From positions 17,419-81,418 of the forward strand of contig DASXDF010000006.1 in assembly GCA_036490815.1 (NCBI GenBank): a DNA stretch of 64,000 bases, given 5' to 3'. The notes below the pieces were generated by a model. The model had not been told where the DNA came from. It did no database searches and saw nothing but the letters and a program-made list of their open reading frames with translations. Below are positions 28,450 through 37,870 of the stretch, piece after piece (the first letter of the stretch is position 1; each line of letters opens with the position of its first letter). The position numbers and the translations under genes are program-made. Source of the stretch: Acidobacteriaceae bacterium. GTDB taxonomy: Bacteria > Acidobacteriota > Terriglobia > Terriglobales > Acidobacteriaceae.

Positions 28450-29734
28450 GCTCCAGAATCTCCGCGAGGTGCGGATCGTTGGTGGCGATCAGCGGACGCT
28501 TCTTGAGTTCGGTGAAGTAGTAGACCAGCCAGAAACAGAACAGCGCACCGGGTACGAAGAGGTATTCGAGGATTCCCCAGCTGAAGTGCAGATTCCTTGC
28601 CGCATCTTTAAAGTTGGGCTCGATCAGCCAGAACAGGTCGAAGAATCCCGCGAAGATCATGATCGAGCACACCAGCGTGAGCCGGCTCTTGATCCGCTTC
28701 AAATCGCGCGACAGCAGCAGGGTGAAGGGAATAAGCCAGTGAAGGATGACGTCGAGGGTCGCAATCGCGCCCCATCCACCCCGGACGCGATCCAGATACC
28801 AGGGAATCTCTTCCGGGGAGTTTCCCGACCAGATGATGATGAACGCGCCAAAGGCGAAGTAGATATTCAGCATCACCAGAGCGAAGCAGAGCTTGCCCAG
28901 GTCATGTTGTTCCACCAGCCGGAAGGTGCTTTTGATGGGCTCGGCCTTCGACAGACCGATGAGGGTGAGAATGGCGAGCGGGAGGACCATGAAGGCCTGC
29001 CCGACCAGGTACTGGAATCCGTAAATCGTCGAGTACCAGGTCGGATCGAGCGACATGACCCAGTAGATGACGAGGATGAAGAGCAACGCGGAGTAGAAGA
29101 CCACGCCAAAGCCGCTGAGGTTCTCAAACCTGGTGCGCCAGTAGGCCACGCGCGGTTCCGGGTCGTCATCGCGCTTCATGGACCAGCGATTCAGAGTGGT
29201 GATATAGAACGCAAAAATTGCGAAGCAGACGAGCGACACCACATAAAAGTTGGTGATGTTCAGCATCGGCTGCTTCCAGTGAATGGCGTGCGCCTGCTCA
29301 TTGGTGATGAGGCCATTCTTCAGCGCGTCGGCCCAGTCCTGATATTTCGCCCAGATGTAGAGCTTGCCGTAGGAGGCACCGAGGATGGCGATAGGGATCC
29401 ACATGAGAATCACGATGGGCCAGGTCCGGGTCATGGCTTCGAGTGGACGGCGGACAATGAGTCCCCATTTTCCGCCGGAGAGGTACTGCACCATGAGCAG
29501 CGCCATGCCGCCGAGGCACAGGCCGAAGCAGCCGACAAAACCCAGCAGCCAGGCGCGAATAAAGTGATCCCAGCCGAGCGAGGGATGGTCAAACGCCTGC
29601 GCCAGCAGGGCAACGCCAACGGCCAGGATGGCGAGCACCATTCCCAGGCGCACCGAGCGACGGCGCCACAGATCGACGAAAGGTGGCGCTCCCAGCGTGT
29701 TGGGCAATCCTGTGCTGAAAGATTGGTTCGCCAT
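28430..29734 (-). CDS. actF: Alternative complex III subunit ActF (NrfD-like membrane subunit 2)
   Basis: Internal ATG 29734 (MANQSFSTGL...) overlaps the actE stop as TAATG. It is a polytopic NrfD/PsrC-like protein, paralogous in layout to ActC. Confidence 0.8.
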   Translation of the reverse strand: MANQSFSTGLPNTLGAPPFVDLWRRRSVRLGMVLAILAVGVALLAQAFDHPSLGWDHFIRAWLLGFVGCFGLCLGGMALLMVQYLSGGKWGLIVRRPLEAMTRTWPIVILMWIPIAILGASYGKLYIWAKYQDWADALKNGLITNEQAHAIHWKQPMLNITNFYVVSLVCFAIFAFYITTLNRWSMKRDDDPEPRVAYWRTRFENLSGFGVVFYSALLFILVIYWVMSLDPTWYSTIYGFQYLVGQAFMVLPLAILTLIGLSKAEPIKSTFRLVEQHDLGKLCFALVMLNIYFAFGAFIIIWSGNSPEEIPWYLDRVRGGWGAIATLDVILHWLIPFTLLLSRDLKRIKSRLTLVCSIMIFAGFFDLFWLIEPNFKDAARNLHFSWGILEYLFVPGALFCFWLVYYFTELKKRPLIATNDPHLAEILEHDYVHA

Positions 29735-30477
29735 TATTGCTGCGCTCCTGACGGCCGCGCGGGCGGCTTGTTCGTCTGTCCCGTCCTCGTCTTCATGGAG
29801 GGCGGAGTCGCCGACTGCGGGTTCGGCGTCTGGCCCGGCGCGCCGGCAATAATCCGGGGCCGCGGCTGCGCGTTGATCGCGGTGGACGGGATCGGCCACG
29901 GTCCTGCGTATTCAGGATGCCCGATCTGCTGCGCGATGGTATCGAGGCTTTCCACCTGGGCTCCGGCCGGCACATCGGACGACGTTGCGTTCTGGCTCAG
30001 CTGCAATGCGCGGATATACGCCGCGATCGCCCAGCGATCCTCAGGCGCCACCTGCGCTTTGTAGTCCGGCATCGCGCCAAATCCGTTGGTCATGACGTAG
30101 AAATAGTGGCTGAGCGGTTCGGACATGCGCTTGGCATCGTGGAAATTGCCCGCGGGCTTATAGCCGCGCTCGACGATCATGCCGGCGCCGTTGCCCACGC
30201 GCGAGTGGCACGGCGTGCAGTAGACGTTAAAGCGTTCCTGACCCCGCGCCAGCACCTGCATGGTCGCTGGAAACGGCATCATGTCCGCTTCTTTGCCGTT
30301 CATCAATCCTGTGTAGAAATACTGCGTTTCGTAGAGCTGGCCGCGCGCCACAGTATGTTCCACCTGCGGACGCACCGAGCGCCCATCGGCGAACAGCGTG
30401 GTGCCGCGCTGGGGAAACATCCTCGGCTGGTTCTGCATGTCCTGGCGGCAGCCGGCGACGAGCAGCAGCGCGCCCAT
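29734..30477 (-). CDS. actE: Alternative complex III monoheme cytochrome c subunit ActE (lipoprotein)
   Basis: Lipobox 'LLVAGC', a single 'CTPCH' and 'MTNGFGAMPDY' (Met ligand). The start is uncertain (ATG 30477, TTG 30495 or CTG 30504); the long ORF to 30849 overlaps actD. Confidence 0.75.
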   Translation of the reverse strand: MGALLLVAGCRQDMQNQPRMFPQRGTTLFADGRSVRPQVEHTVARGQLYETQYFYTGLMNGKEADMMPFPATMQVLARGQERFNVYCTPCHSRVGNGAGMIVERGYKPAGNFHDAKRMSEPLSHYFYVMTNGFGAMPDYKAQVAPEDRWAIAAYIRALQLSQNATSSDVPAGAQVESLDTIAQQIGHPEYAGPWPIPSTAINAQPRPRIIAGAPGQTPNPQSATPPSMKTRTGQTNKPPARPSGAQQ

Positions 30478-30565
30478 CGAACACAGGAATCCCAACCCTC
30501 GCAGCCATGGCGCAGAGGCGAGCGCGGATTTTCTGAGCGCTGAACGCCGAACGCTGAACGCGGTC

Positions 30566-31108
30566 TTAATACTCCACCTCCACCACCGATAATGGCGCCT
30601 GCGCTTCCAGAAAGCTTCGCGTTTCCGCAGTGTCGAACTTCGGATCGGTCGCCTCGAGGCACAGGAAGAACTTGTCGGTCGACGCGCCGTTGCGGAAATT
30701 GGGCGCGTTGAAAACCGGGTGATACGTCTTGGGCAGCCCGCACAGCGCCAGCATGCCGAACGCCGCCGAAAGCCCGGACCACAAAATGGTCCATTCATAA
30801 GCGGGTACGACAAAGGCCGGCCAGGAATAGTAAGGGCGTCCGGCAACATTGACCGGATAGGCCCACACCGAAATCCAGGTTTCGAGACCGAACATGGCTG
30901 CTAAGCCCAACAACCCGCCAATGAGGCAGACGAGCGAAACTTCGTCGCGATGGAAGCCGATGGCCTCGGCGGCCTCTTCCACCGGATACGGCGTATAGCA
31001 ATCCATGCGCCGATAGCCTGCGCCGTAGGCCGCGTGTGCCGCAATCACCAGCTGCGTCGGAGTTTCAAACTCCGCCATAAATCCGTAAACGCCTTCAGGG
31101 AGTGGCAT
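30566..31108 (-). CDS. actD: Alternative complex III subunit ActD (DUF3341)
   Basis: 'YGFMAEFETPTQLVIAAHAAYGAGYRRMDCYTPYPVEE' is the typical DUF3341 N-terminus. It has two TM helices and shares 1 nt with the actC stop. Confidence 0.85.
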   Translation of the reverse strand: MPLPEGVYGFMAEFETPTQLVIAAHAAYGAGYRRMDCYTPYPVEEAAEAIGFHRDEVSLVCLIGGLLGLAAMFGLETWISVWAYPVNVAGRPYYSWPAFVVPAYEWTILWSGLSAAFGMLALCGLPKTYHPVFNAPNFRNGASTDKFFLCLEATDPKFDTAETRSFLEAQAPLSVVEVEY

Positions 31109-32532
31109 CAGTCACCTGCCTCCGGCAGCGGTTCTCCATGCACTTCCTTCACTTTGGACTGCGGCAGCATCATGCGCAGCTCCGACATGGGGATCATGGG
31201 CAGGAAGCGCACGAACAGCAGGAACAGGAACGTGAACAGGCCCAGCGTTCCCAAAAAGGTTGCGTAGTCCCATTTGGTGGCGCGATAGGTGCCCCATGAA
31301 GACGGCAGATAATCGCGGGTCAAACTCGTAACGACAATGACGAAGCGCTCGAACCACATGCCGGTATTCACGATCAGGGACATCAGGAACATCAGCCCGA
31401 CGTTCGACCGGAACTTCCGGATCCACATGAGCTGCGGCAGCGCGATGTTGCAGGTGATCAGCACCCAGTAGGACCAGCCCATGGGCCCGAACATGCGGTT
31501 CCACATCATGAAGTATTCCCAATGGCTGGCGGAGTACCAGCTCATGAACACTTCAGTGGAGTAGCCGTAGGCCACGATCATGCCGGTGGCCAGCATGACC
31601 TTGCCCATGTTGTCGATGTGACGGATGGTGATGAGGTCTTCGAGGTGGTAGAACCTGCGAATCGGAATCGCCAGGGTCAGGACCATCGCGAATCCGGAAT
31701 AGATAGCGCCCGCGACGAAGTAGGGCGGGAAGATGGTCGTGTGCCATCCGGGCAACAGCGCCACGGAAAAGTCGAGCGAGATGACGGAGTGCACGGAGAG
31801 CACCAGCGGCGTGGCCAGGCCGGCCAGCAGCAGCGAAGCGGTTTCATACCGCACCCAGTGCCGCACCGAACCGCGCCAGCCCACGGCCATCAATCCATAG
31901 AAGAACTGGCCGAATTTCGACTGCGAGCGGTCGCGCAGCGTCGCCAGATCGGGGATCATGCCGAGATACCAGAAGACCACCGAGATGGTTGCGTACGTCG
32001 AGACCGCGAACACGTCCCACAACAGGGGGGAGCGGAACTGCGGCCAGTAGTTCATCGTGCTTGGATAGGGGAACAGCCAGTACCCCAGCCACGGCCGGCC
32101 GACGTGAATGAGCGGGAACATGCCGGCGCAGACCACGGCGAAAATGGTCATGGCTTCTGCGAAGCGGTTGATGGAGTTGCGCCAGCCCTGCTTGAACAGC
32201 AGCAGAATCGCGGAAATCAGCGTTCCTGCGTGGCCGATGCCGATCCACCAGACAAAGTTGATGATCGCGAAGCCCCACGCGACCGGAATGGTGATGGCCC
32301 AGATGCCGACGCCCTTGAGGAAAAGCCAGGTGATCGCGGTGAGCAGGATGCCCACGATGGAGCCGGCCAGCAGGAATCCGAACCACCAGCCGAGCGGCGT
32401 GTGGCTGGTCAGCACGATGCGCGAAACCTTCTCCGTGACCGACTTGAAGGTGTGGCCCGGCGCGATAACCCGGTACTCTCCGGTGACCGGATCCACCATC
32501 GGATTGTTGACGGGTGCGTCTTTCGTCGCCAT
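31108..32532 (-). CDS. actC: Alternative complex III quinol-interacting membrane subunit ActC (NrfD-like)
   Basis: 474 aa, polytopic, with an NrfD/PsrC-type pattern 'WGFAIINFVWWIGIGHAGTLISA'. Confidence 0.9.
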   Translation of the reverse strand: MATKDAPVNNPMVDPVTGEYRVIAPGHTFKSVTEKVSRIVLTSHTPLGWWFGFLLAGSIVGILLTAITWLFLKGVGIWAITIPVAWGFAIINFVWWIGIGHAGTLISAILLLFKQGWRNSINRFAEAMTIFAVVCAGMFPLIHVGRPWLGYWLFPYPSTMNYWPQFRSPLLWDVFAVSTYATISVVFWYLGMIPDLATLRDRSQSKFGQFFYGLMAVGWRGSVRHWVRYETASLLLAGLATPLVLSVHSVISLDFSVALLPGWHTTIFPPYFVAGAIYSGFAMVLTLAIPIRRFYHLEDLITIRHIDNMGKVMLATGMIVAYGYSTEVFMSWYSASHWEYFMMWNRMFGPMGWSYWVLITCNIALPQLMWIRKFRSNVGLMFLMSLIVNTGMWFERFVIVVTSLTRDYLPSSWGTYRATKWDYATFLGTLGLFTFLFLLFVRFLPMIPMSELRMMLPQSKVKEVHGEPLPEAGD

Positions 32533-32574
32533 CGTCTCTTTTGCCTTCGCCCCTCTGAAATCTCTAACGCAGAC

Positions 32575-35500
32575 TTAGCTGGTGTACTCGCCCAACTGCT
32601 TTGCCAGTTCTTCGTTCACGTTGATGACGCCCGCGACATAGGTCGTGCGTGGACGCGTGTTGATGTCTGCCAGCACGCCGTAGGTGCGCTCGTTGGTCTT
32701 GATCCTCGCTACGCGGCTTTCGCGATCGTTGATGTTGCCGAAGAGGATCGCGTCGGTTGGGCACGATTGCTGGCAAGCCGTGCGAATCTCGCCGTCGCGC
32801 AGGTCGCGGTTCTCTTTGTCCGCGTTGATTTTTGCTTCCTGGATGCGCTGGCTGCAGTAGCTGCACTTTTCCATGACGCCGCGGCTGCGCACGGAAACGT
32901 CGGGATTGCGCATCAGCTTCAGGCTCTCGGTCTCGAAATCGGAGTAGAGCAGGAAGTTAAAGCGCCGCACCTTATAGGGGCAGTTGTTGGAGCAATACCG
33001 CGTGCCGACGCAGCGGTTGTAGACCATCAGGTTCAGGCCTTCGGGCGAGTGCACCGTCGCGCCTACCGGGCAAACCTGTTCGCACGGTGCGTTCTCGCAG
33101 TGATGGCAGGTCATGGGCTGGAAGTGTGCACGCGGCGCAGCCAGATCGCCTTCGAAATAGGTGTCGATGCGAATCCACTGCATCAGGCGGCCGATCTTCA
33201 CCTGGTTGCGTCCCACCACCGGAATATTGTTCTCCGCGTAGCAGGCCGTTACGCAGGCGTTGCAGCCCACGCACGAATTCAGGTCGATCGACATGCCCCA
33301 TGCATTTTTGTCGTAGCGATACGCAGGGAACATGCTCTCATCCGGCTCCGGCACATCGCGCCCTTCGCCCTCATGCGCAAATTCCGGATTGGCCTTGAAC
33401 TCGGTGAGCGTGGCGTAGCGAATAATGCCGCGGTCGAGCGACTCGTTGGCTTCGATCGAATGCGTGCCCGATCCGTCGCCACCATGCGCCACACTGCGCT
33501 GGTCGATGTGGTGGCTCTTGGTGACGCAGATGTCGTAAATGTCGCCTGTCTTGCGCAGCGATGCGCCGGCCTGCATCCACGGCGTACCTGACTGCTGGAT
33601 GAGATAGGCGTTGTAGCCTACGCCGCCCGCCACGCGGCCGAACCGCCGCCCCTGGCCGAGCGTGACGATGACCGTTCCATCCGGCTGACCGGGAACCGCG
33701 AGCGCTCCGGCGATGATCTTTTTTCCGCCTACGCTGATCTCAACTGCGTCGTTCTCCGCGAACCCGTTCTTCTCCATGGTCGCGAAGCTCATCTGCGCGG
33801 CGTTATCCCAGGAGAGGTTGGTGACCGGACGGGGAATTTCCTGCATCCAGCCGACGTTGGCGTAGCGGCCATCGTAGACGTTGGCGTCAGGCCGGAAGGC
33901 TACTTCGATGGAATCGCCGCTGGTGGGCGTGCTCGATGCTGCAGAGGCTCCGCCCTTCGCTGCTGCTGTCTTCGGCGTGAACGCTGTGCCGTCAATCCAG
34001 CCATCGTGCAGAACCTTCCGCCAGTTGAACTCAAAATCGCCCTTCGACAGCTGCTGCTTCCAGGTTCCGCGCACTGCGTCGTAGGCCGAAACATCCGGCT
34101 GATCGAGCATCGACTGCACGATCTCGTGCGCGTTATGGCCGCCATACATCGGGTCGATCATCGGCTGCACGATGCTCACGGTGCCGTCATACGCGCGGGC
34201 GTCGGACCACATCTCGAGGTAGTGCGCGTTGTTGATGTGCCAGTGCGCCTGGTCGCCGGTCTCGTCCACATGCGAGCCCAGGTGCACGACGGTGCCGACT
34301 TTATTGAATGCGGTCTCGAAATCCAGGTCCGCCGGCGTGGCGTACATCGGATTGGAATTGAGAATCACCAGCCAGTCGACCTTGCCGGCATTCATGTCCG
34401 CGACCAGCGATTTGAGATCGTCCCCCTGGATCGTCGGCATGGGATTGACCGGATCGGTATAGACCACGGTTTTGCCGACATTACCCAGAGACTGGTTGAT
34501 GGCGAAGGCGGCCAGATGAACGGCGGGGGGAGCAAATTCCCCAGGAATCACGACGCACTTACCGCCGCTGGCCTTCAGATCGGCCGCAACGCCCTGCAGA
34601 TATTTCGTATCGTGATCGGACCAGTTGCCGGCTGCGCTGCCGCCTGCGCCCACTGCGCCTGCCAGAGCCTGCGCGAAGGCCGCAAGCTGGCTGGGCTTGA
34701 CCGCGAGGCGATGATCCGCCTTGAACCCGGTTGTCGTGGTCACCGTCTCGATGACGTAGAGCCGGTTCATGTCCGTGTTGCCGTCGAGCTTGCGCTTCTG
34801 TGCGTAATCGCGCGCCAGCTTATGGAAGCCAGGGAAGGTCGCGCCGCCCAGGAAATCCGCATCGAGCGACACAATCACATCCGCCTGATCGAGCCGATAC
34901 TGCGCGTCCACAAAACTGCCGAAAGCCTGCTTTGCCGCGGTGTAATGGTTGTCGCGGTTCACCGGCTCGTACTGCACAAACTTTGCCTGCGGATAATTCT
35001 TCTGCGCCTGTGCAATTTGCGCAGCCAGCGTCGGCGAGGTCACCGTCGCGCTCAGAAAATAAAGTCCCTGCCCGCCCTGGGGCTTCTTGTCCGCCAGCAT
35101 CGACCGGTACGCAGCCAGAAACGCCGGCCAGGAGCGCGTATCGCCGCGATAAAGAATGTGCTGCGAACGATCCGGGTCGTACATGTCGAGCAGCGTCGCC
35201 TGCGTGATCGGATCGGATCCGCCCTTCACATACGGATGCTCCGGGTTGCCATCGACCTTGATCGGCCGGTACGCGTCGCTCTTGATCAGCACCGGAACCG
35301 CGCCCGATGCAAATGGAAATGCCGAAGCAAAGTAAACAGGCTTGCCCAGAATCAAATCTTCCGGAGCCGCGACGTACGGCATGATCGGCTCATCCGGCTG
35401 TTTCGTGCATCCAGCCAGACCCGCCAGCGCCATCGAAGCGCCCATCACCTTCAAAAAGCTGCGCCGCGAAACCGGATCGATCCACTCCGAAGCCTGCGAC

Positions 35501-35718
35501 GGAAATTCGTTCGCCACCATCTCGGCGAACTCGGGCGTATCGGCCAGCTCGTCGATCGAGCGCCAGAATTTCTTGCCCGTTTGATTCGCCAGCTTCGCCC
35601 GCACATCGGCGAGAGTGGGCTTTTTTGCTTCGATCTGGACCAGGGCGCCTGCCTCGTTCTCGCTCTGGAGAACTTCTGACTGCTGATCGCTGAACGTTGT
35701 CCGCTCGTTCTTGTTCAT
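32575..35718 (-). CDS. actB: Alternative complex III subunit ActB (molybdopterin-oxidoreductase-like plus 4Fe-4S ferredoxin domains)
   Basis: Tat signal '[11 protein letters not shown]', a large MopB-like domain, and C-terminal Cys clusters '[11 protein letters not shown]', '[13 protein letters not shown]' and '[12 protein letters not shown]'. ATG 35718 forms an ATGA overlap with the actA stop; ORF start 35727 is also possible. Confidence 0.9.
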   Translation of the reverse strand: MNKNERTTFSDQQSEVLQSENEAGALVQIEAKKPTLADVRAKLANQTGKKFWRSIDELADTPEFAEMVANEFPSQASEWIDPVSRRSFLKVMGASMALAGLAGCTKQPDEPIMPYVAAPEDLILGKPVYFASAFPFASGAVPVLIKSDAYRPIKVDGNPEHPYVKGGSDPITQATLLDMYDPDRSQHILYRGDTRSWPAFLAAYRSMLADKKPQGGQGLYFLSATVTSPTLAAQIAQAQKNYPQAKFVQYEPVNRDNHYTAAKQAFGSFVDAQYRLDQADVIVSLDADFLGGATFPGFHKLARDYAQKRKLDGNTDMNRLYVIETVTTTTGFKADHRLAVKPSQLAAFAQALAGAVGAGGSAAGNWSDHDTKYLQGVAADLKASGGKCVVIPGEFAPPAVHLAAFAINQSLGNVGKTVVYTDPVNPMPTIQGDDLKSLVADMNAGKVDWLVILNSNPMYATPADLDFETAFNKVGTVVHLGSHVDETGDQAHWHINNAHYLEMWSDARAYDGTVSIVQPMIDPMYGGHNAHEIVQSMLDQPDVSAYDAVRGTWKQQLSKGDFEFNWRKVLHDGWIDGTAFTPKTAAAKGGASAASSTPTSGDSIEVAFRPDANVYDGRYANVGWMQEIPRPVTNLSWDNAAQMSFATMEKNGFAENDAVEISVGGKKIIAGALAVPGQPDGTVIVTLGQGRRFGRVAGGVGYNAYLIQQSGTPWMQAGASLRKTGDIYDICVTKSHHIDQRSVAHGGDGSGTHSIEANESLDRGIIRYATLTEFKANPEFAHEGEGRDVPEPDESMFPAYRYDKNAWGMSIDLNSCVGCNACVTACYAENNIPVVGRNQVKIGRLMQWIRIDTYFEGDLAAPRAHFQPMTCHHCENAPCEQVCPVGATVHSPEGLNLMVYNRCVGTRYCSNNCPYKVRRFNFLLYSDFETESLKLMRNPDVSVRSRGVMEKCSYCSQRIQEAKINADKENRDLRDGEIRTACQQSCPTDAILFGNINDRESRVARIKTNERTYGVLADINTRPRTTYVAGVINVNEELAKQLGEYTS

Positions 35719-36596
35719 CGGTGACAAACCTCGCAGCTGGTCAGCTCACGCGGAGTGTGAATGCCGTAGTGCTCGAGCAGGAACTGCCCCAGCGCCTGCT
35801 GGCTCGTGAACCGGGTGTAGTGCAGTCCGGCCGGCAATTGGATGGGCGATGTATTTTCGCTGCCCATGGCGGTCGCCCCGGTCTGCGCATGGAGCCCGGC
35901 CAGCGGAGAATTGAGCGACGCCATCTGCACCTCGCCCTGAGGAGCGGTCTCGGTACACGTCACTCCACCCGCGGTCGGCGACCCGGACGGGACATCTTCC
36001 GCCGCGCACCATACCGGCCTGAGCTCGGAAGCGCCCTGCCATGCCATGTTGTAAATCTCACTGGTGGGCCGCAGATTCTTCGCCGGATTCCGATGGCAGT
36101 TCAAACACCACTCCATCTGCAGCGAGTTTTGCATGTACATGATGGGCATCTCGTCCACGCGGCCGTGACACGACGAGCAGCCAATGCCCTTATTCACGTG
36201 AATTTCATGATTAAAGAAGACGTAATCCGGCAGATCGTGCACCCGCGTCCAGGGCAGCGATGCCCCGGTGGCCCAGCTGGCGCGGACCGGCTCCAGCAAC
36301 TGCGCGTCGGTCCAGATCTGCGCGTGGCAATTCATGCAGGTCTTGGTGGGAGGAATGCCGGCGTAGCTGGACTTCTCCACTGTCGTATGACAGTACTGGC
36401 ACTGCAGTCCCAGCCCTTCAACGTGATGCTTGTGGCTGAAAGGCACCGGCTGATCGGCTCGCTGTCCCTGGCGAGTCACCCATGGCGATCGCTGCAGTTG
36501 ATCGAGTGTCAGCCCCAGGGCTATTACGATCAGCCCGGTCAAAATCAGGCTCATTCGGGCCAGCGCGTTCGAGCTGCGGTCAAAAATCTGCGGCAT
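35715..36596 (-). CDS. actA: Alternative complex III pentaheme cytochrome c subunit ActA
   Basis: N-terminal TM anchor and five CxxCH motifs: CQYCH, CMNCH, CSSCH, CLNCH, CEVCH. Confidence 0.9.
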   Translation of the reverse strand: MPQIFDRSSNALARMSLILTGLIVIALGLTLDQLQRSPWVTRQGQRADQPVPFSHKHHVEGLGLQCQYCHTTVEKSSYAGIPPTKTCMNCHAQIWTDAQLLEPVRASWATGASLPWTRVHDLPDYVFFNHEIHVNKGIGCSSCHGRVDEMPIMYMQNSLQMEWCLNCHRNPAKNLRPTSEIYNMAWQGASELRPVWCAAEDVPSGSPTAGGVTCTETAPQGEVQMASLNSPLAGLHAQTGATAMGSENTSPIQLPAGLHYTRFTSQQALGQFLLEHYGIHTPRELTSCEVCHR

Positions 36597-36818
36597 GAAT
36601 GCGTCCTGCGTCTCCTGGTGAATCGCTGAAGCGCTGCGGGTAGGGCGTGAGGAGTAAACGGGAGAGTGCAGTTATGCCGCCTTGAGCAGCAAGCGGCGGC
36701 GTGAGGTTCAACAGCATTCCCCGAAGATGATCACACTGCATTCCAGTGCATGGACCGTGTTCCTGCGATCAATCCGTACTCTGGATTAGTTCTGAAAGTG
36801 TCGCGGATCACAACCGAC

Positions 36819-36834
36819 TGTGACCTTCATCACA
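36819..36834. promoter_or_regulatory. Perfect CRP/FNR-family consensus palindrome TGTGA-N6-TCACA
   Basis: TGTGACCTTCATCACA read directly. An extra TCACA at 36808-36812 gives TCACA-N6-TGTGA-N6-TCACA. The site centre is about 230 bp upstream of the actA ATG, in the 538-bp divergent gap. Confidence 0.4.
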
Positions 36835-36851
36835 AATTCGCTCAAAAAGAA

Positions 36852-36880
36852 AATATAGCGGCTGCATGCGCGCTCTGCAA
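36852..36880 (-). promoter_or_regulatory. Candidate sigma70-type promoter for the ACIII-cox operon
   Basis: On the minus strand: TTGCAG (36880-36875), a 17-nt spacer, then TATATT (36857-36852), inside an AT-rich patch. This is prediction only. Confidence 0.3.
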
Positions 36881-37134
36881 GCCGCGCGGCCGATCATGAA
36901 AAAAAATTATTCGCTTCGACCGCGCAAGGCACGCGTCATTTGCCGCCATCCTTCCCGCGGCACTGCCCCGTTCGCCGGGATTTCCGATACGCGGTTCAAC
37001 CCGCGCAGGGAGCAGGCTGGGCCGCATAGGCCAATCTGTAACCGTGCCAGTGCCATTTGAGCAGGGAGGAGGCATGCGCTGCCGGGCCGCCACCGTAGCT
37101 ATACGCTGTTCCCTGCCCCCTGTACCCTGTCGTC

Positions 37135-37824
37135 ATGGTTGATGGACGCCGCGCCGTTCGCTACGATACCGCTCTCGCCGTGCGCTCGCTGGCCGCGGCC
37201 GATCCAAAGCTTGGCCAGCTGATGGAGCGTGTCGGCCCCTTCACGCTGAAACTCAAAAGCCAGCACTCCCCTTTTGAAGCGCTGCTGGAGTCGATCATTT
37301 ATCAGCAGCTCCACGGCAAAGCGGCGGCCGCCATCCTCAAGCGGCTGCTCACGGCGTTTGGCGAGCTGCATCCCTCACCAGAGCTTCTCGTGCAGGCGCC
37401 CGACGACATGCTGCGCGAGTGCGGACTATCCGCCTCGAAGGCAAAGGCGCTGCGCGACCTGGCGGCGAAGACGATGGACGGGACGGTTCCTACCCTGACG
37501 GCGATCCGGCGTCTCTCCGACGAGGAGATCATCGAGCGTCTTACCGAGGTTCGCGGCATCGGGACCTGGACGGTGCAGATGCTGCTGATCTTCCGCCTGG
37601 GGCGGCCCGATATTTTGCCGGTGACCGACTATGGGGTGCGCAAGGGATTCGCGCTGACGTTCCAGCGGCTGCCGAAATCGAAGCCTTTTGACGCCTCGAT
37701 GCTGGCGACTATGGATCAAATCACGCGCCGCGCGGAAAAATGGAGGCCGTGGCGCTCGGTGGCCAGCTGGTACATGTGGCGCGCCTGCGACCTCGCCGGG
37801 AAAACCATGGTTGTTCCGGACTGA
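37135..37824 (+). CDS. DNA-3-methyladenine glycosylase II-like (HhH-GPD family, AlkA type)
   Basis: 'FEALLESIIYQQL', the HhH 'LTEVRGIGTWTVQMLLIF' and the catalytic Asp context 'ILPVTDYGVRKG'. Confidence 0.85.
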   Translation: MVDGRRAVRYDTALAVRSLAAADPKLGQLMERVGPFTLKLKSQHSPFEALLESIIYQQLHGKAAAAILKRLLTAFGELHPSPELLVQAPDDMLRECGLSASKAKALRDLAAKTMDGTVPTLTAIRRLSDEEIIERLTEVRGIGTWTVQMLLIFRLGRPDILPVTDYGVRKGFALTFQRLPKSKPFDASMLATMDQITRRAEKWRPWRSVASWYMWRACDLAGKTMVVPD

Positions 37825-37870
37825 CCGCACAAAGGCGGTGCTGCTTGTCCCGCCATGCTAGATTGCACGC

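Noticed and set aside
29734-30849. Over-long versions of operon genes in the ORF track: actE to 30849, actF to 29899, coxIII to 24202, and the DUF6569-like gene to 56662.
   Set aside because: For actE, actF and coxIII the extra N-terminal parts overlap the preceding, well-supported gene on the same strand. For the DUF6569-like gene the extension runs into the divergent sigma-factor gene on the other strand. None of the extensions shows family features. Internal starts give signal peptides, lipoboxes or canonical N-termini, with classic ATGA/TAATG coupling where genes are co-directional.
36842-37093. Two small ORFs, 36842-37093 (minus) and 36866-37060 (plus), in the 538-bp gap upstream of actA.
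   Set aside because: They overlap each other on opposite strands, have no start context or recognisable pattern, and their composition resembles non-coding sequence. I treat the region as regulatory.
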